DNA from: Candidatus Saccharimonadota bacterium
GTDB lineage: Bacteria; Patescibacteriota; Saccharimonadia; Saccharimonadales; JACDBH01
Assembly (NCBI GenBank): GCA_028289135.1
Contig: JAQGGW010000005.1
Span: 70,758-134,757, forward strand
DNA: 64,000 nucleotides
Reading direction: 5' to 3'
Shown piece by piece: positions 40,291 through 50,133 of the stretch; within the stretch, counting starts at the first letter, position 1; each line of letters opens with the position of its first letter. The translations under genes and the position numbers were made by a program. The notes below the pieces were generated by a model. The model was not told where the DNA came from. It searched no databases and was given only the letters and a program-made list of their open reading frames with translations.

Positions 40291-41723
40291 GCGATTACAT
40301 AACGACAATTGGTATTGAGTGCCATGTGCAGCTTAAAACCAAGACAAAACTGTTTGCCGCTGTCGACAATGACGCCCGCGGCGCCGAGCCAAATACACTA
40401 ATTTCACATATTTGCCTTGGCCTGCCTGGCGCACTGCCAGTACTAAACGACAAAGCTGTTGAGCTGGCATCTCGTGCCGCCTTCGCTCTCAACACTAAGC
40501 CCCAACCCTTTAGCAAATTTGACCGCAAGCATTATTTTTATCCCGACCTGCCGATGGGTTATCAGATTACACAGTTCGAAGAGCCTGTTGTACTTGGCGG
40601 CCATGTTGACATTGTGGTCAACGGCGAGCAAAAGCGGATCGGCATAACCCGTGCGCACCTTGAAGCCGACGCCGGCAAGTCCACTCATCCAGCTGGAACT
40701 GACTATTCTTTAGTTGATCTTAACCGTGCCGGTACGCCATTGCTCGAGATTGTCAGCGAGCCAGACATGCATTCATCCGCCGAAGCCCGCGCCTTTGCGC
40801 ACGAGCTTTATTTGCTTATGAAATACGCTGGTGTTGGTGATGCTGATTTATACCATGGCAATATGCGGTTTGATGTAAATGTAAGTGTTAGTAAAGATCC
40901 AAATGTGCTTGGCACAAGAAGTGAAACCAAAAACCTAAACTCATTTAAAAGCGTTGAAAAGGCAGTTGAATACGAAGTAAAACGCCAGATTGAAGTCCTG
41001 GAAGAAGGCGGAGAAGTTGTCCAGGAAACCCGCGGCTGGGACGACACCAAACTGGCAACTTTTAGCCAGCGGACAAAAGAAGACGCCCATGATTACCGTT
41101 ATTTCCCAGACCCTGACTTGCCGCCGATTGAGCTGGACCAGGCGTTTATTGACAGCGTAGAAAAGTCCATGAACATGTTGCCGGCAGAGTACCGCACTCA
41201 GTTTGCGGGGCTTGGAATTGATCCAAAAGTTGTCGAAGATATTGTTAACGTGCCCGAAACGGCGCAGTTAGTGGCGAGGATTCTTGAAACCTCGGGCGGC
41301 GAACATGCCAAGCGTATCGCTTTTTGGACAGTGCAAAAAACTGACGACAACAGCGACGATGCGCAGGCAGCTGAACCTGATGTCAAAGTGGACGACAAAA
41401 ACCTTGTTAAGCTTTCAGAGCTTGTTTCAGCCAACAAGCTGAGCTCAACCGCTGCCAAAGAAGTCTTAAAAGAAATGCAAAAAACCAATGGCGATCCAGA
41501 AGCTATCGCGACTGCAAAAAACCTTATCCAAGAGTCAAACGAAGACGAACTGGCCAAAATTGTCGCCGAGATTTTAGCCGCCAACGAAAAGGCGGCTGAA
41601 GACGTTAAAAATGGCGAAATGAAAGCCATCGGCTTTTTGGTTGGGCAAGTTATGAAGGCCAGCCAAGGCAAAGCCAACCCAGGCATTGTCCAGCAAATTA
41701 TCAAGAAACAGCTTAATATATGA
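40287..41723 (+). CDS. gatB: Asp/Glu-tRNA amidotransferase subunit B
   Basis: IGIECHVQL, RKHYFYPD, DLNRAGTPLLEIV, DYRYFPDPDL, GKANP. Confidence 0.97.
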   Translation: MSDYITTIGIECHVQLKTKTKLFAAVDNDARGAEPNTLISHICLGLPGALPVLNDKAVELASRAAFALNTKPQPFSKFDRKHYFYPDLPMGYQITQFEEPVVLGGHVDIVVNGEQKRIGITRAHLEADAGKSTHPAGTDYSLVDLNRAGTPLLEIVSEPDMHSSAEARAFAHELYLLMKYAGVGDADLYHGNMRFDVNVSVSKDPNVLGTRSETKNLNSFKSVEKAVEYEVKRQIEVLEEGGEVVQETRGWDDTKLATFSQRTKEDAHDYRYFPDPDLPPIELDQAFIDSVEKSMNMLPAEYRTQFAGLGIDPKVVEDIVNVPETAQLVARILETSGGEHAKRIAFWTVQKTDDNSDDAQAAEPDVKVDDKNLVKLSELVSANKLSSTAAKEVLKEMQKTNGDPEAIATAKNLIQESNEDELAKIVAEILAANEKAAEDVKNGEMKAIGFLVGQVMKASQGKANPGIVQQIIKKQLNI

Positions 41724-42274
41724 GCCACTGGAAAAAAACCAAAACAACAGAGCAAAAAGTCGGTTTTAAAACAGTAACCATTAAAGAATTTGAGATGCCA
41801 GACGGGAGAGCCGAAGTTTATACGACTTGGAATAAAGCTAATACAAACAGTGTTGCAACTATTGCACTTACCAAAGATAACCAAGTTGTAATTGCAAGGC
41901 AATTCCGTCCAGGCCCAGAGGCAATGTTTGACGAAATACCAGGAGGAGGTGTAGATCCTGGTGAAGACCTTGAATCCGCCGCCCGGCGTGAGCTGCGTGA
42001 AGAAACAGGTTACGAAACAGATGAGCCTTTCCAATATCTTGGCGTAACTTGCCGTGACGCCTATACAAACGAGCGTAACCATTATTTTTTAGCACGCCGT
42101 TGCACCCAGACAGTCCTGCAGAGTTTGGATGCAACCGAACATATTGAAATTACTCTGATTTCAGTTAAGCAGTTATTTGAAAACGCTAAAAGTGCTAAAA
42201 TGAGTGATTCACTAGACTTGTTACTTGCATATAAAGATTTAGAGGAGATATTAGATGCCGAAAAAAGTCACTAA
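41720..42274 (+). CDS. NUDIX hydrolase
   Basis: RQFRP...EIPGGGVDPGE..AARRELREETGY. Confidence 0.92.
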   Translation: MSHWKKTKTTEQKVGFKTVTIKEFEMPDGRAEVYTTWNKANTNSVATIALTKDNQVVIARQFRPGPEAMFDEIPGGGVDPGEDLESAARRELREETGYETDEPFQYLGVTCRDAYTNERNHYFLARRCTQTVLQSLDATEHIEITLISVKQLFENAKSAKMSDSLDLLLAYKDLEEILDAEKSH

Positions 42275-43148
42275 GGCCGTTATTGCCGCTGCCGGATTTG
42301 GTACCCGTTTCTTGCCGCAGACAAAGGCAATGCCTAAGGAAATGCTGCCGCTGATCGACAAGCCAATTATCCAGTATGTCGTTGAGGAGCTAGTCGAGGC
42401 TGGGATTAAAGATATAATTATTGTTACGGGCTACCACAAACGATCTATTGAAGACCACTTTGACCAGATGAGCGCCGACTTGCGTGAAAACTTAGAGCAG
42501 GGTCATAAGGCAGAGCTTTTGGAGCAAACAAAGTCCATTTCCCACCTGGCAAACTTTGCTTATGTTCGTCAAAAAGGTTCATACGGCAGCGCCACACCGC
42601 TTTTAAACATTGCGCATTTAATAGGTGACGAACCTTTCATCTACACTTTTGCTGATGATCTTATTCCATCTGAGCCAAACCGGTTCACACAAATGATGAA
42701 GCTTTATGATGAATTTCAATGCACCATTCTTCCATGCCGGAAATTAGAAGAGGAAGCAGAATATGGTCGCTATGGTGTGGTAAGCGGCGAAGTTATACGA
42801 GAAGGCGTGCTAAAACTAGACGGTATTGTTGAAAAACCGGGAAGTAAAGACAAGGCTCCGTCGGATATGGGAAGTATTGGCGGCTACTTATTAACACCTG
42901 AAATTTTCCCCTATATCAACAAAGCGGCCGATAATTTGCCGGTAGATAAAGAATTTTATCTTACTACCTATGGACTTGAACCAATGCTAAAGGATCATAT
43001 TGCAATGTATGGCTGCACACTTACTAATAGTAAATACTACGACACGGGCAATAAATTAGAATATTTGAAAACAGTAGTGGATTATGCGCTGAAGCGGGAT
43101 GATATTGGCCCAGATTTTAAGGCATATTTGCATACTGTTTTAAATTGA
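42255..43148 (+). CDS. galU: UTP--glucose-1-phosphate uridylyltransferase
   Basis: KAVIAAAGFGTRFLP.TKAMPKEMLP, IEDHFD, VEKP. Confidence 0.93.
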   Translation: MPKKVTKAVIAAAGFGTRFLPQTKAMPKEMLPLIDKPIIQYVVEELVEAGIKDIIIVTGYHKRSIEDHFDQMSADLRENLEQGHKAELLEQTKSISHLANFAYVRQKGSYGSATPLLNIAHLIGDEPFIYTFADDLIPSEPNRFTQMMKLYDEFQCTILPCRKLEEEAEYGRYGVVSGEVIREGVLKLDGIVEKPGSKDKAPSDMGSIGGYLLTPEIFPYINKAADNLPVDKEFYLTTYGLEPMLKDHIAMYGCTLTNSKYYDTGNKLEYLKTVVDYALKRDDIGPDFKAYLHTVLN

Positions 43149-43193
43149 TAGATTTATTACAAACAAAATTTGTGAAAGGGGTATACTAAACTC

Positions 43194-43472
43194 ATGAATA
43201 CAGCCGAGCAAATCCTCGTAATTGTCCTAGCGGCGTTCCTAGCCCTATTTATTGGTCTCTCAATCGCCTTGGTAGTAACTCTTATGAAACTCGTCAAAAA
43301 AATGCACATGGTAGCAGACGATGCCCAAGAAATTGTTGGAAAAGCCCGGGAAATAGCGGGAAAAGTAGATAGTGTATCTGATATGTTTAAAAAAACCGCA
43401 GGGCCACTGGCGTTTGGTAAGTTTTTTATAAACATGGCCGAAACAGTGGCTAAGCATAAAAGGGAGAAATAG
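43194..43472 (+). CDS. YtxG/DUF948-like membrane protein
   Basis: TM plus coiled coil; upstream of a YtxH-like gene. Confidence 0.65.
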   Translation: MNTAEQILVIVLAAFLALFIGLSIALVVTLMKLVKKMHMVADDAQEIVGKAREIAGKVDSVSDMFKKTAGPLAFGKFFINMAETVAKHKREK

Positions 43473-43474
43473 AT

Positions 43475-43885
43475 ATGTCCAAAGATTCAGCAGGGAAAAA
43501 AGTAGCAATCGGCGCCGCAGTAGCAGGCGTAGCAGGCTTTGTAGCCGGTATATTGGCAGCCCCAAAAAGCGGTAAAGAGACACGCAAAGACATTAAAAAT
43601 GCGGCCGTAAAGGTAAAGTCTGATGCCGAAAAGAACTTAAAAAATGTACATAGCGAACTAAATGCCCGCCTGGCAGAAGCAAAAACCCGCGGCGGAGAAC
43701 TTTCTGGCAAAGCCAAAGAAGAATATGACATGATTACCGAAAAGGCTAAAGCTGCTAAAGAAAAAGTCCGCAACGTTTTGAGCAATATGCACGACGGCGA
43801 TTCTGATGATCCAGACCTTAAAAAGGCACTGAGCGACGGAAAAGATTCACTGAAGAATCTAGAGAAGTATTCAAAGAGCAAATAG
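43475..43885 (+). CDS. YtxH-domain protein
   Basis: GAAVAG..G..AGIL.APKSGKETR. Confidence 0.9.
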   Translation: MSKDSAGKKVAIGAAVAGVAGFVAGILAAPKSGKETRKDIKNAAVKVKSDAEKNLKNVHSELNARLAEAKTRGGELSGKAKEEYDMITEKAKAAKEKVRNVLSNMHDGDSDDPDLKKALSDGKDSLKNLEKYSKSK

Positions 43886-43895
43886 AGTTCTAAAA

Positions 43896-44156
43896 GTGAA
43901 AAAGAAAAAGACGCCAAAAGAGTACGAAGATTTGGGCCGGGCTGTAGCATCAATTTTCGAAACCGGCTACCTGGACAAAAAGCAGGCTTATAAAACCAGT
44001 TTTATCAAAGGTGTCTTTGGCGGTTTAGGCGGAGTAATTGGCGCAACGGTATTAGTAGCTCTTCTCATATGGATATTGTCATTATTCAGTAGCGTGCCAC
44101 TAGTCGGACATTTGACTGATAAGATTAACAAAACAGTCGAAAGTGCAAAAAAGTAG
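43896..44156 (+). CDS. Small membrane protein (DUF5665-like)
   Basis: FIKGVFGGLGGVIGAT...VPLVG. Confidence 0.75.
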   Translation: MKKKKTPKEYEDLGRAVASIFETGYLDKKQAYKTSFIKGVFGGLGGVIGATVLVALLIWILSLFSSVPLVGHLTDKINKTVESAKK

Positions 44157-44224
44157 TATTAAGATTTTATTACAACGTAGTCGTGCTCGTTTTAGCGTAA
44201 GAATTTCCTTATACTATATAGACT

Positions 44225-47200
44225 ATGGGGGAAGCTAAAACCGTCTTAAAGCCGAGCGACTATGTGCATCTGCATAATCACTCGCATTACAGCCTGCTGG
44301 ACGGGCTGAGTAAAGTGCCGGACATGGTCGGCCGAACCATCGATATGGGCATGGAAGCAATTGCCCTCACCGACCATGGAACCCTGAGCGGTTCGATCGA
44401 ATTTTATAAAGAAGCCAAGGCGCGCGGAATTAACCCAGTTTTAGGAATCGAGACCTACGTTGCATCGCGGGCGCACACTGACAAAGACGCCAGCAAGGAC
44501 AAAGTTTATTACCATTTGATTTTGCTGGCCATGAACCACAAAGGCTACCAAAACCTAATGCAGCTTTCGACCATCGCTAACCTGCAGGGTTTTTATTACA
44601 AACCACGGATTGACCACGAACTGCTTGAGAAGTACAACGAAGGCCTGATAGTGCTTAGTGCCTGTATTGGCGGGGAGATTGGCGACAGCCTGCGCCAAGG
44701 ACAGTACGACCAGGCCAAAAAAACGGCCGAGTGGTACAAAAGTGTCTTTGGAGACAGGTATTATCTGGAGCTTCAAGACCACGGGCATCCAGAGCATCCC
44801 GCAAAGTGGGATGAGCAGGTGGCCGTGACCACGGAGACTTTAAAGCTGGCTAAGGAGCTAGATATACCGCTGGTCGTCACCTGTGACGCGCATTATTTGA
44901 CCCACGCCGACCAAGAAGCCCACGAGATCCTACTGTGCGTCCAGACAGGTTCATTTTTGTCAGACGAGAAGCGGATGAGCCTTAAAAACTTTGAGCTGCA
45001 CATTACCGATCCTAAGGAAGTTATTAAGCGCTGGGGCAAAGATCATCCTGAAGCCATTGCCAATACCCGAGCCATTGCCGAGCGCTGTAATGTAGAGATA
45101 GAGCTTGGTAAAATTTTAATCCCCAAGTTCCCGGTGCCAAAAGGCGAGGACGAAAAGTCTTATCTGCATAAGCTTGTTTGGCGTGGATTGGCATGGAGAT
45201 ATGCAGGGGTTGAATTGGAAGCAAGCACCAAGCTAAGCATTGCGGAAGCGCGGAAGGCTATCAAGCCAGAGATTGTCGTGCGCGCTGATTATGAGTTGGG
45301 GATCATGGACTCGATGGGATTCAACGGCTACTTTTTAATTGTCCAAGACTTTATTACCTGGGGCAAAGACCAGGGCATTATTTTTGGTCCAGGGCGAGGA
45401 TCGGCAGCTGGGTCGATTGTTGCCTACGCCCTTCGGATTACCGAAATCGAACCGCTAACCTACAGCCTAATGTTCGAAAGATTTTTGAACCCAAGCCGCA
45501 TTAGCATGCCGGATATTGACATTGATATCCAGGATACGCGTCGTGATGAAGTTATTCAGTATTGTATTGGAAAGTACGGCGCTAATAGAGTGGCAAACAT
45601 CGTCACTTTTGGTAAAATGGCGGCTCGTAACGCCGTCCGCGACGTTGCCCGGGTATTGCAGGTGCCGTATTCGGAAGCCGTCCGCCTAGCCAAAATGATC
45701 CCGCCGCCAGTACAAGGCCGCCATATTTTGCTGTCTAAGTCATTGGTGGATAACGCCGAACTTAAGGCCGAAAATGAGACAAACGAACAGTCCGCCAGGG
45801 TTTTTGCGCTGGCCGTAAAGCTGGAAGGCACCATCCGTTCTCACGGCGTACACGCGGCCGGTGTGGTGATTGCGCCCGATGACATTGTAAAGTTCGCGCC
45901 TCTTGAAATGGCGCAAAAGGGCGTCGTCTCCACCCAGTATTCTATGAACCCCATTGAAGAACTTGGGCTTCTTAAAATGGACTTTTTGGGTCTATCTAAC
46001 CTAACGATAATTAAAAACGCGCTTCGTATTATCAAAAGAGTTTATAAAGAAGACATTGACCTAAGCAAAATCCCGACTAATGACAAAATGACCTTTGAGC
46101 TGCTCCAGCGGGCCGATACAACCGGAGTGTTCCAGCTGGAGTCATCCGGCATGAAGCGATATTTAAAAGAGCTTAAGCCAACCTTGTTCGAAGACATTAT
46201 CGCCATGGGCGCGCTTTACCGGCCTGGTCCAATGTCGGAAATCCCGCGGTTTATTGAGGGCAAAAACCACCCAAGCTCCATTACATATCTGCATGAATCT
46301 TTGGAGCCAATTCTAAAAGATACATACGGCGTGATGGTTTACCAGGAGCAGATTATTAAGCTGCTGCAGATGGTGGCCGGCTATACTCCTGGCGAGGCTG
46401 ACTTGGTGCGGAAGGCGATCGGAAAAAAGAAACGCGAAATTATGGAGGCAGAAGAGCCAAAGTTTGTCGAGGGTTGTATAAAACAAGGTCTTAGCAGGAC
46501 GGGTGCCCAAAAGCTGTGGGCGCAAATCCAGCCTTTTGCCGACTATTCGTTTAATAAGGCCCATGCGACTTGCTATGCCCAGATATCCTACTGGACCGCC
46601 TACCTAAAGGCGCACTTCCCAGCGGCATTTATGGCGGCGCTGATGACCAGCGATTATGACGACATTGACCGTTTGGCGATTGAAATTACAGAGTGCAAGC
46701 ACATGGGCATTGAAGTTTTGCCGCCGGATGTCAACGAGTCTTTTGTGGAGTTTGCCGTGGTGCCAACTGGCGACCCAATGCACGACCCAATCCGTTTTGG
46801 AATGAACGCCGTAAAAAACGTAGGCACAGGCGCGGTGGAAGAAATTTTGCGTGGGCGCACCGCGGGCATATTTAATACTTTAGAAGAGTTCTTTTCAAGA
46901 GTTAACCCACGCGTCGTGAACCGTAAGGCGCTGGAAAGCCTTGTTAAAGCGGGTGCTTTTGACCGTTACGGATCGCGCAATTCGTTGCTGCATAACATCG
47001 ACAACTGCCTGGCATTCGCGGCCCGGATCCAAAAAGAATCACTCAGCGGCCAGGAAGACTTGTTTGGCAACGCGCTCGAGATCCCAGAGCATATGAAACC
47101 CAAAATTAACCTGGAAAAGGGCGGTATCGAATACACGTCCGCCGAGCAGTTAAAGTGGGAACGCGAACTGTTGGGATTATATCTTTCGCAGCATCCGTTG

Positions 47201-47863
47201 AAGGCTTTTGAAGTTTATCTAGAAGAGCTGGCTTTGCCAATTGGCGATCTGAAACCAGAGATGGACAGCCGGCTAACGGTAATTGGCGGTGCTGTCACCG
47301 ACATGCGCGAAATTGTCACCAAAACTGGCCAAAAAATGGCTTTTGTAAAGATTGCCGATATGAGCGGTGAAGTTGAGCTGGTGCTTTTCCCGACAGTCTA
47401 CCAACAGACGGCCGGTATCTGGGAACGCGACCGGGTACTTTTGGTTCGCGGCAAAGTTAATGCCAAGGACCGCGTAACGGGCGAGTTGATGCAGGACATT
47501 AAGATCTTAGCCGACGAAGCCCGTGAGATAACGCACGAACAAGCCGCAGCCTACCAGTCCACCGGCAAACGCCAAAAGGTACCTTCTGTAAAACCCTCTG
47601 CTTCCATGGCTAAAAAGGCTCCAGTTGAATCCGCCAAAAACAAACGCGTTTATGTGCGCCTCCAAAACAGCCAGGACGCCGAAATGCTTACTGCACTTAA
47701 GCGGATTATGGACGAATTTAGCGGTGCCACCGAAGTGGTATTGGTGCTCGGTGAAAACGACAAAAAACAAATTATCAAACTCCCAACCGGTCTTGAACCG
47801 TCCGAAGACGCCATCGGCCAGCTCCGCACTGCCATGGGCAGCAACCAGGTCGTTATTCAGTAG
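44225..47863 (+). CDS. dnaE: DNA polymerase III alpha subunit
   Basis: HLHNHSHYSLLDG PHP domain, GPGRGSAAGS, PDIDID, KMDFLGL, OB fold. Confidence 0.98.
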   Translation: MGEAKTVLKPSDYVHLHNHSHYSLLDGLSKVPDMVGRTIDMGMEAIALTDHGTLSGSIEFYKEAKARGINPVLGIETYVASRAHTDKDASKDKVYYHLILLAMNHKGYQNLMQLSTIANLQGFYYKPRIDHELLEKYNEGLIVLSACIGGEIGDSLRQGQYDQAKKTAEWYKSVFGDRYYLELQDHGHPEHPAKWDEQVAVTTETLKLAKELDIPLVVTCDAHYLTHADQEAHEILLCVQTGSFLSDEKRMSLKNFELHITDPKEVIKRWGKDHPEAIANTRAIAERCNVEIELGKILIPKFPVPKGEDEKSYLHKLVWRGLAWRYAGVELEASTKLSIAEARKAIKPEIVVRADYELGIMDSMGFNGYFLIVQDFITWGKDQGIIFGPGRGSAAGSIVAYALRITEIEPLTYSLMFERFLNPSRISMPDIDIDIQDTRRDEVIQYCIGKYGANRVANIVTFGKMAARNAVRDVARVLQVPYSEAVRLAKMIPPPVQGRHILLSKSLVDNAELKAENETNEQSARVFALAVKLEGTIRSHGVHAAGVVIAPDDIVKFAPLEMAQKGVVSTQYSMNPIEELGLLKMDFLGLSNLTIIKNALRIIKRVYKEDIDLSKIPTNDKMTFELLQRADTTGVFQLESSGMKRYLKELKPTLFEDIIAMGALYRPGPMSEIPRFIEGKNHPSSITYLHESLEPILKDTYGVMVYQEQIIKLLQMVAGYTPGEADLVRKAIGKKKREIMEAEEPKFVEGCIKQGLSRTGAQKLWAQIQPFADYSFNKAHATCYAQISYWTAYLKAHFPAAFMAALMTSDYDDIDRLAIEITECKHMGIEVLPPDVNESFVEFAVVPTGDPMHDPIRFGMNAVKNVGTGAVEEILRGRTAGIFNTLEEFFSRVNPRVVNRKALESLVKAGAFDRYGSRNSLLHNIDNCLAFAARIQKESLSGQEDLFGNALEIPEHMKPKINLEKGGIEYTSAEQLKWERELLGLYLSQHPLKAFEVYLEELALPIGDLKPEMDSRLTVIGGAVTDMREIVTKTGQKMAFVKIADMSGEVELVLFPTVYQQTAGIWERDRVLLVRGKVNAKDRVTGELMQDIKILADEAREITHEQAAAYQSTGKRQKVPSVKPSASMAKKAPVESAKNKRVYVRLQNSQDAEMLTALKRIMDEFSGATEVVLVLGENDKKQIIKLPTGLEPSEDAIGQLRTAMGSNQVVIQ

Positions 47864-47885
47864 GTTCTCTTATTTAAACTTTTTA

Positions 47886-48032
47886 CTCCTGACAGTCTTT
47901 ATCCTTGGAAGTTTCGGCACATTGATTTAGCCGCTGGAGACAGTTTTACGCTATTAAATCAATGTGCCGAAACTTCCCGCCACACTCACTGTGTTGTTTA
48001 AAGTCTTGTGAAGCCCCCGGATGGGGCTTCAC
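47886..48032. repeat. Structured repeat family 2, copy 2
   Basis: ggaagtttcggcacattgattta/taaatcaatgtgccgaaacttcc perfect IR (47907-47977); terminal gtgaagcccc/ggggcttcac hairpin. Confidence 0.92.
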
Positions 48033-48068
48033 GGGGAGTGAGTAGCAAAAGAGTGACAAGCGTCCGCA

Positions 48069-48257
48069 AGCTAAACACCTTACAGCCTGGCATGCTCACA
48101 CACTTTTTAGGCTAAGCTCCGTCAAAGACACAACAAGAACCAGCCGAGGACTGTTTGACGGAGCGTTTAGCTCCTAGTTCCGCAGGCTTGTTGTGTCTCT
48201 TGACTGGGAGCTTACCTAAAGGTGGGTGCGGCATGTCAGGATGGAAGGTGTTTAGCT
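48069..48257 (+). ncRNA. 189-nt rod-shaped structured element (candidate ncRNA or palindromic element)
   Basis: 13-bp perfect terminal IR agctaaacacctt/aaggtgtttagct, then cctggcatgc/gcatgtcagg, taagctcc/ggagctta, agacacaacaag/cttgttgtgtct; function unknown. Confidence 0.55.
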
Positions 48258-48276
48258 AAGAGGGGTAAACTAAAAT

Positions 48277-49350
48277 CTATTTTACGAGGCCGCTGGTTTG
48301 GAGGAGGGCTAGGCCGAGGGTTATGAAGCCAGCCACTGCAAAATCAATATGCAGGTGCTTCAGAATGTAATGTTCGCCGGCAAGGGCAAAGTTTTTGAGT
48401 TGGCGGCGCCTTTCTAGAGCCCAGAATACTCCAACTCCGCACATCGATGCCACGAGCAATGTGCCGCTCCAGCGGGCGTTACCTCCGGTAAGGAGCTGGA
48501 TTTTGCGGACGCTGGCGCTAAAGGCTGGAGTTTTTGGAGTTGCAGATGTGGTTGTTGACGCAACGGTAGTAGTTTTAACAGGTGTTTTTGCAGTGTCTGG
48601 TGTGGCAGATGGGGCAGCCGTTGGCGTTTGGGTGGTTTGCGGCGGTAGGCTGGCTGTTGGCGATTGGCTGGACTGTCCGCTGGATGAAGAGGCGGCTGGA
48701 GTGCTCGGAGGGCTGCTTGCGGCAGGAGCAGGAGACGCGGCCGGGGCTTGCTGCGCAACTGGCGCGCCGTACATGGCAACGACAACGGTTTGTTGGCCGT
48801 CATTCACAAAATTTGGGCTGTTGGCGAAGCCAAAGCCGACTTCGGTAAAAGCGCTGTTTAGTAAATTTTGGCGGTGAGGCGGGCTGTTCATCCACCCCGT
48901 TACGGTTTCGGAAGCATTGTCAAAGCCGTAAGCCAGGTTTTCGCCGGCAGTTTGGTAGTCATAGCCTGCGTTTGTAATAAACACCCACGGCTCTTCGCCG
49001 TCTGGCGTGTTATGCGACCAGTAATTTCGCGCAACCATATCGTTTGCTTTGGTTTGGGCCGCGCTGGTAAGCTGGCCGTTTAGCCCAAGCGACGCAACGC
49101 CATTGCTCGAACGCTGGGAGTTTGTTTGTGCCAGCAAGTCACTGCCGCTCATTGATGTCGAATAACTCAGTACGCTGTTATGTGCGGCGCGGGTGTGGTG
49201 CGGTGCGACCGACTGATGTATTGCAACTGCTGAGGCAAACAACAAAATCGCCGGTAAGAACTTAATAGTCCGCAATAGCGGGCGACTTTGCTTTCTAGCC
49301 TTTTTATATGACCTATGGGTGGTATGTTTTAGGGGTTTCTTTTTTTGCAT
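48277..49350 (-). CDS. CAP (SCP/YkwD) domain surface protein
   Basis: YWSH, AGENLA, WMNSPPHR.N; P/S/T linker and C-terminal TMs. Confidence 0.92.
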   Translation of the reverse strand: MQKKKPLKHTTHRSYKKARKQSRPLLRTIKFLPAILLFASAVAIHQSVAPHHTRAAHNSVLSYSTSMSGSDLLAQTNSQRSSNGVASLGLNGQLTSAAQTKANDMVARNYWSHNTPDGEEPWVFITNAGYDYQTAGENLAYGFDNASETVTGWMNSPPHRQNLLNSAFTEVGFGFANSPNFVNDGQQTVVVAMYGAPVAQQAPAASPAPAASSPPSTPAASSSSGQSSQSPTASLPPQTTQTPTAAPSATPDTAKTPVKTTTVASTTTSATPKTPAFSASVRKIQLLTGGNARWSGTLLVASMCGVGVFWALERRRQLKNFALAGEHYILKHLHIDFAVAGFITLGLALLQTSGLVK

Positions 49351-49374
49351 AATACTTAAGCTAATTATACCGCA

Positions 49375-50055
49375 TTAGCGCCGTGCACGCCGCTCGGCAA
49401 ATGATTCACCCGCAAAATATGCCACTACAGTTAGTATTGACCCAACAACTAGCCAGGTGGCTCCAGATACTTTTTTCGGTTGTGAAGCCCGCTTTTTGCT
49501 TTGTGAAACTGGCGCAGTCGGCTGGGTTGGCTTCGGAGCAGGTGCTGGCTCGGCAGGAGCTGGAGAGGGTGTTGGCTGATCGGGCTGCGAAGGTGCTGCA
49601 GGAGCTTGCGGTGCAACAACATTTGAAGAGTTGTTAGTTGGACTAATATCGCTCACATTAAAGTCCACGGTGTCTGCATAGGCTTGCCATGCTGTTCTTT
49701 GGTCTTGGTCCAGGTTTTTGGCAGCGGCAGTACAATCGTCAATTTGCTGGAAGCTAACAGTCACAATCTGGGATACTTCAATATATTCACCGCCGAGCTG
49801 CGTACTAATAATATTTTCGCAGTACATGGCCGAAGGCTGGTCGGTCACGGCGCGGAGCTGTAATGCCCGCCGGATAATCCGGCTCAATGAATCTCCGGGG
49901 TTCGCTGAAAATGAATAGGAAGTTATGCTTGATGGAGTGACGGACGACATTGTATTGCTCGACTCAGCATGAGTAACACGCATTGGTACAAACGCACCTA
50001 AAAAAAGCGCCAGAATTGCGAAAATGCAGAATATGTGACGCCGTGACCTTAACAT
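49375..50055 (-). CDS. Secreted, C-terminally anchored surface protein with degenerate LysM-like start and Pro-rich stalk
   Basis: Signal peptide, YSFSANPGDSLS, PAPAEPAP linker, TM then RRARR; SD AGGAGG. Confidence 0.75.
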   Translation of the reverse strand: MLRSRRHIFCIFAILALFLGAFVPMRVTHAESSNTMSSVTPSSITSYSFSANPGDSLSRIIRRALQLRAVTDQPSAMYCENIISTQLGGEYIEVSQIVTVSFQQIDDCTAAAKNLDQDQRTAWQAYADTVDFNVSDISPTNNSSNVVAPQAPAAPSQPDQPTPSPAPAEPAPAPKPTQPTAPVSQSKKRASQPKKVSGATWLVVGSILTVVAYFAGESFAERRARR

Positions 50056-50133
50056 CTCAGAACCCTCCTTTTAGCTCCCCATGCCACCTGGATACTTATG
50101 CTTACTGTACCGCTTTATTGTGCACGCCGCAAG

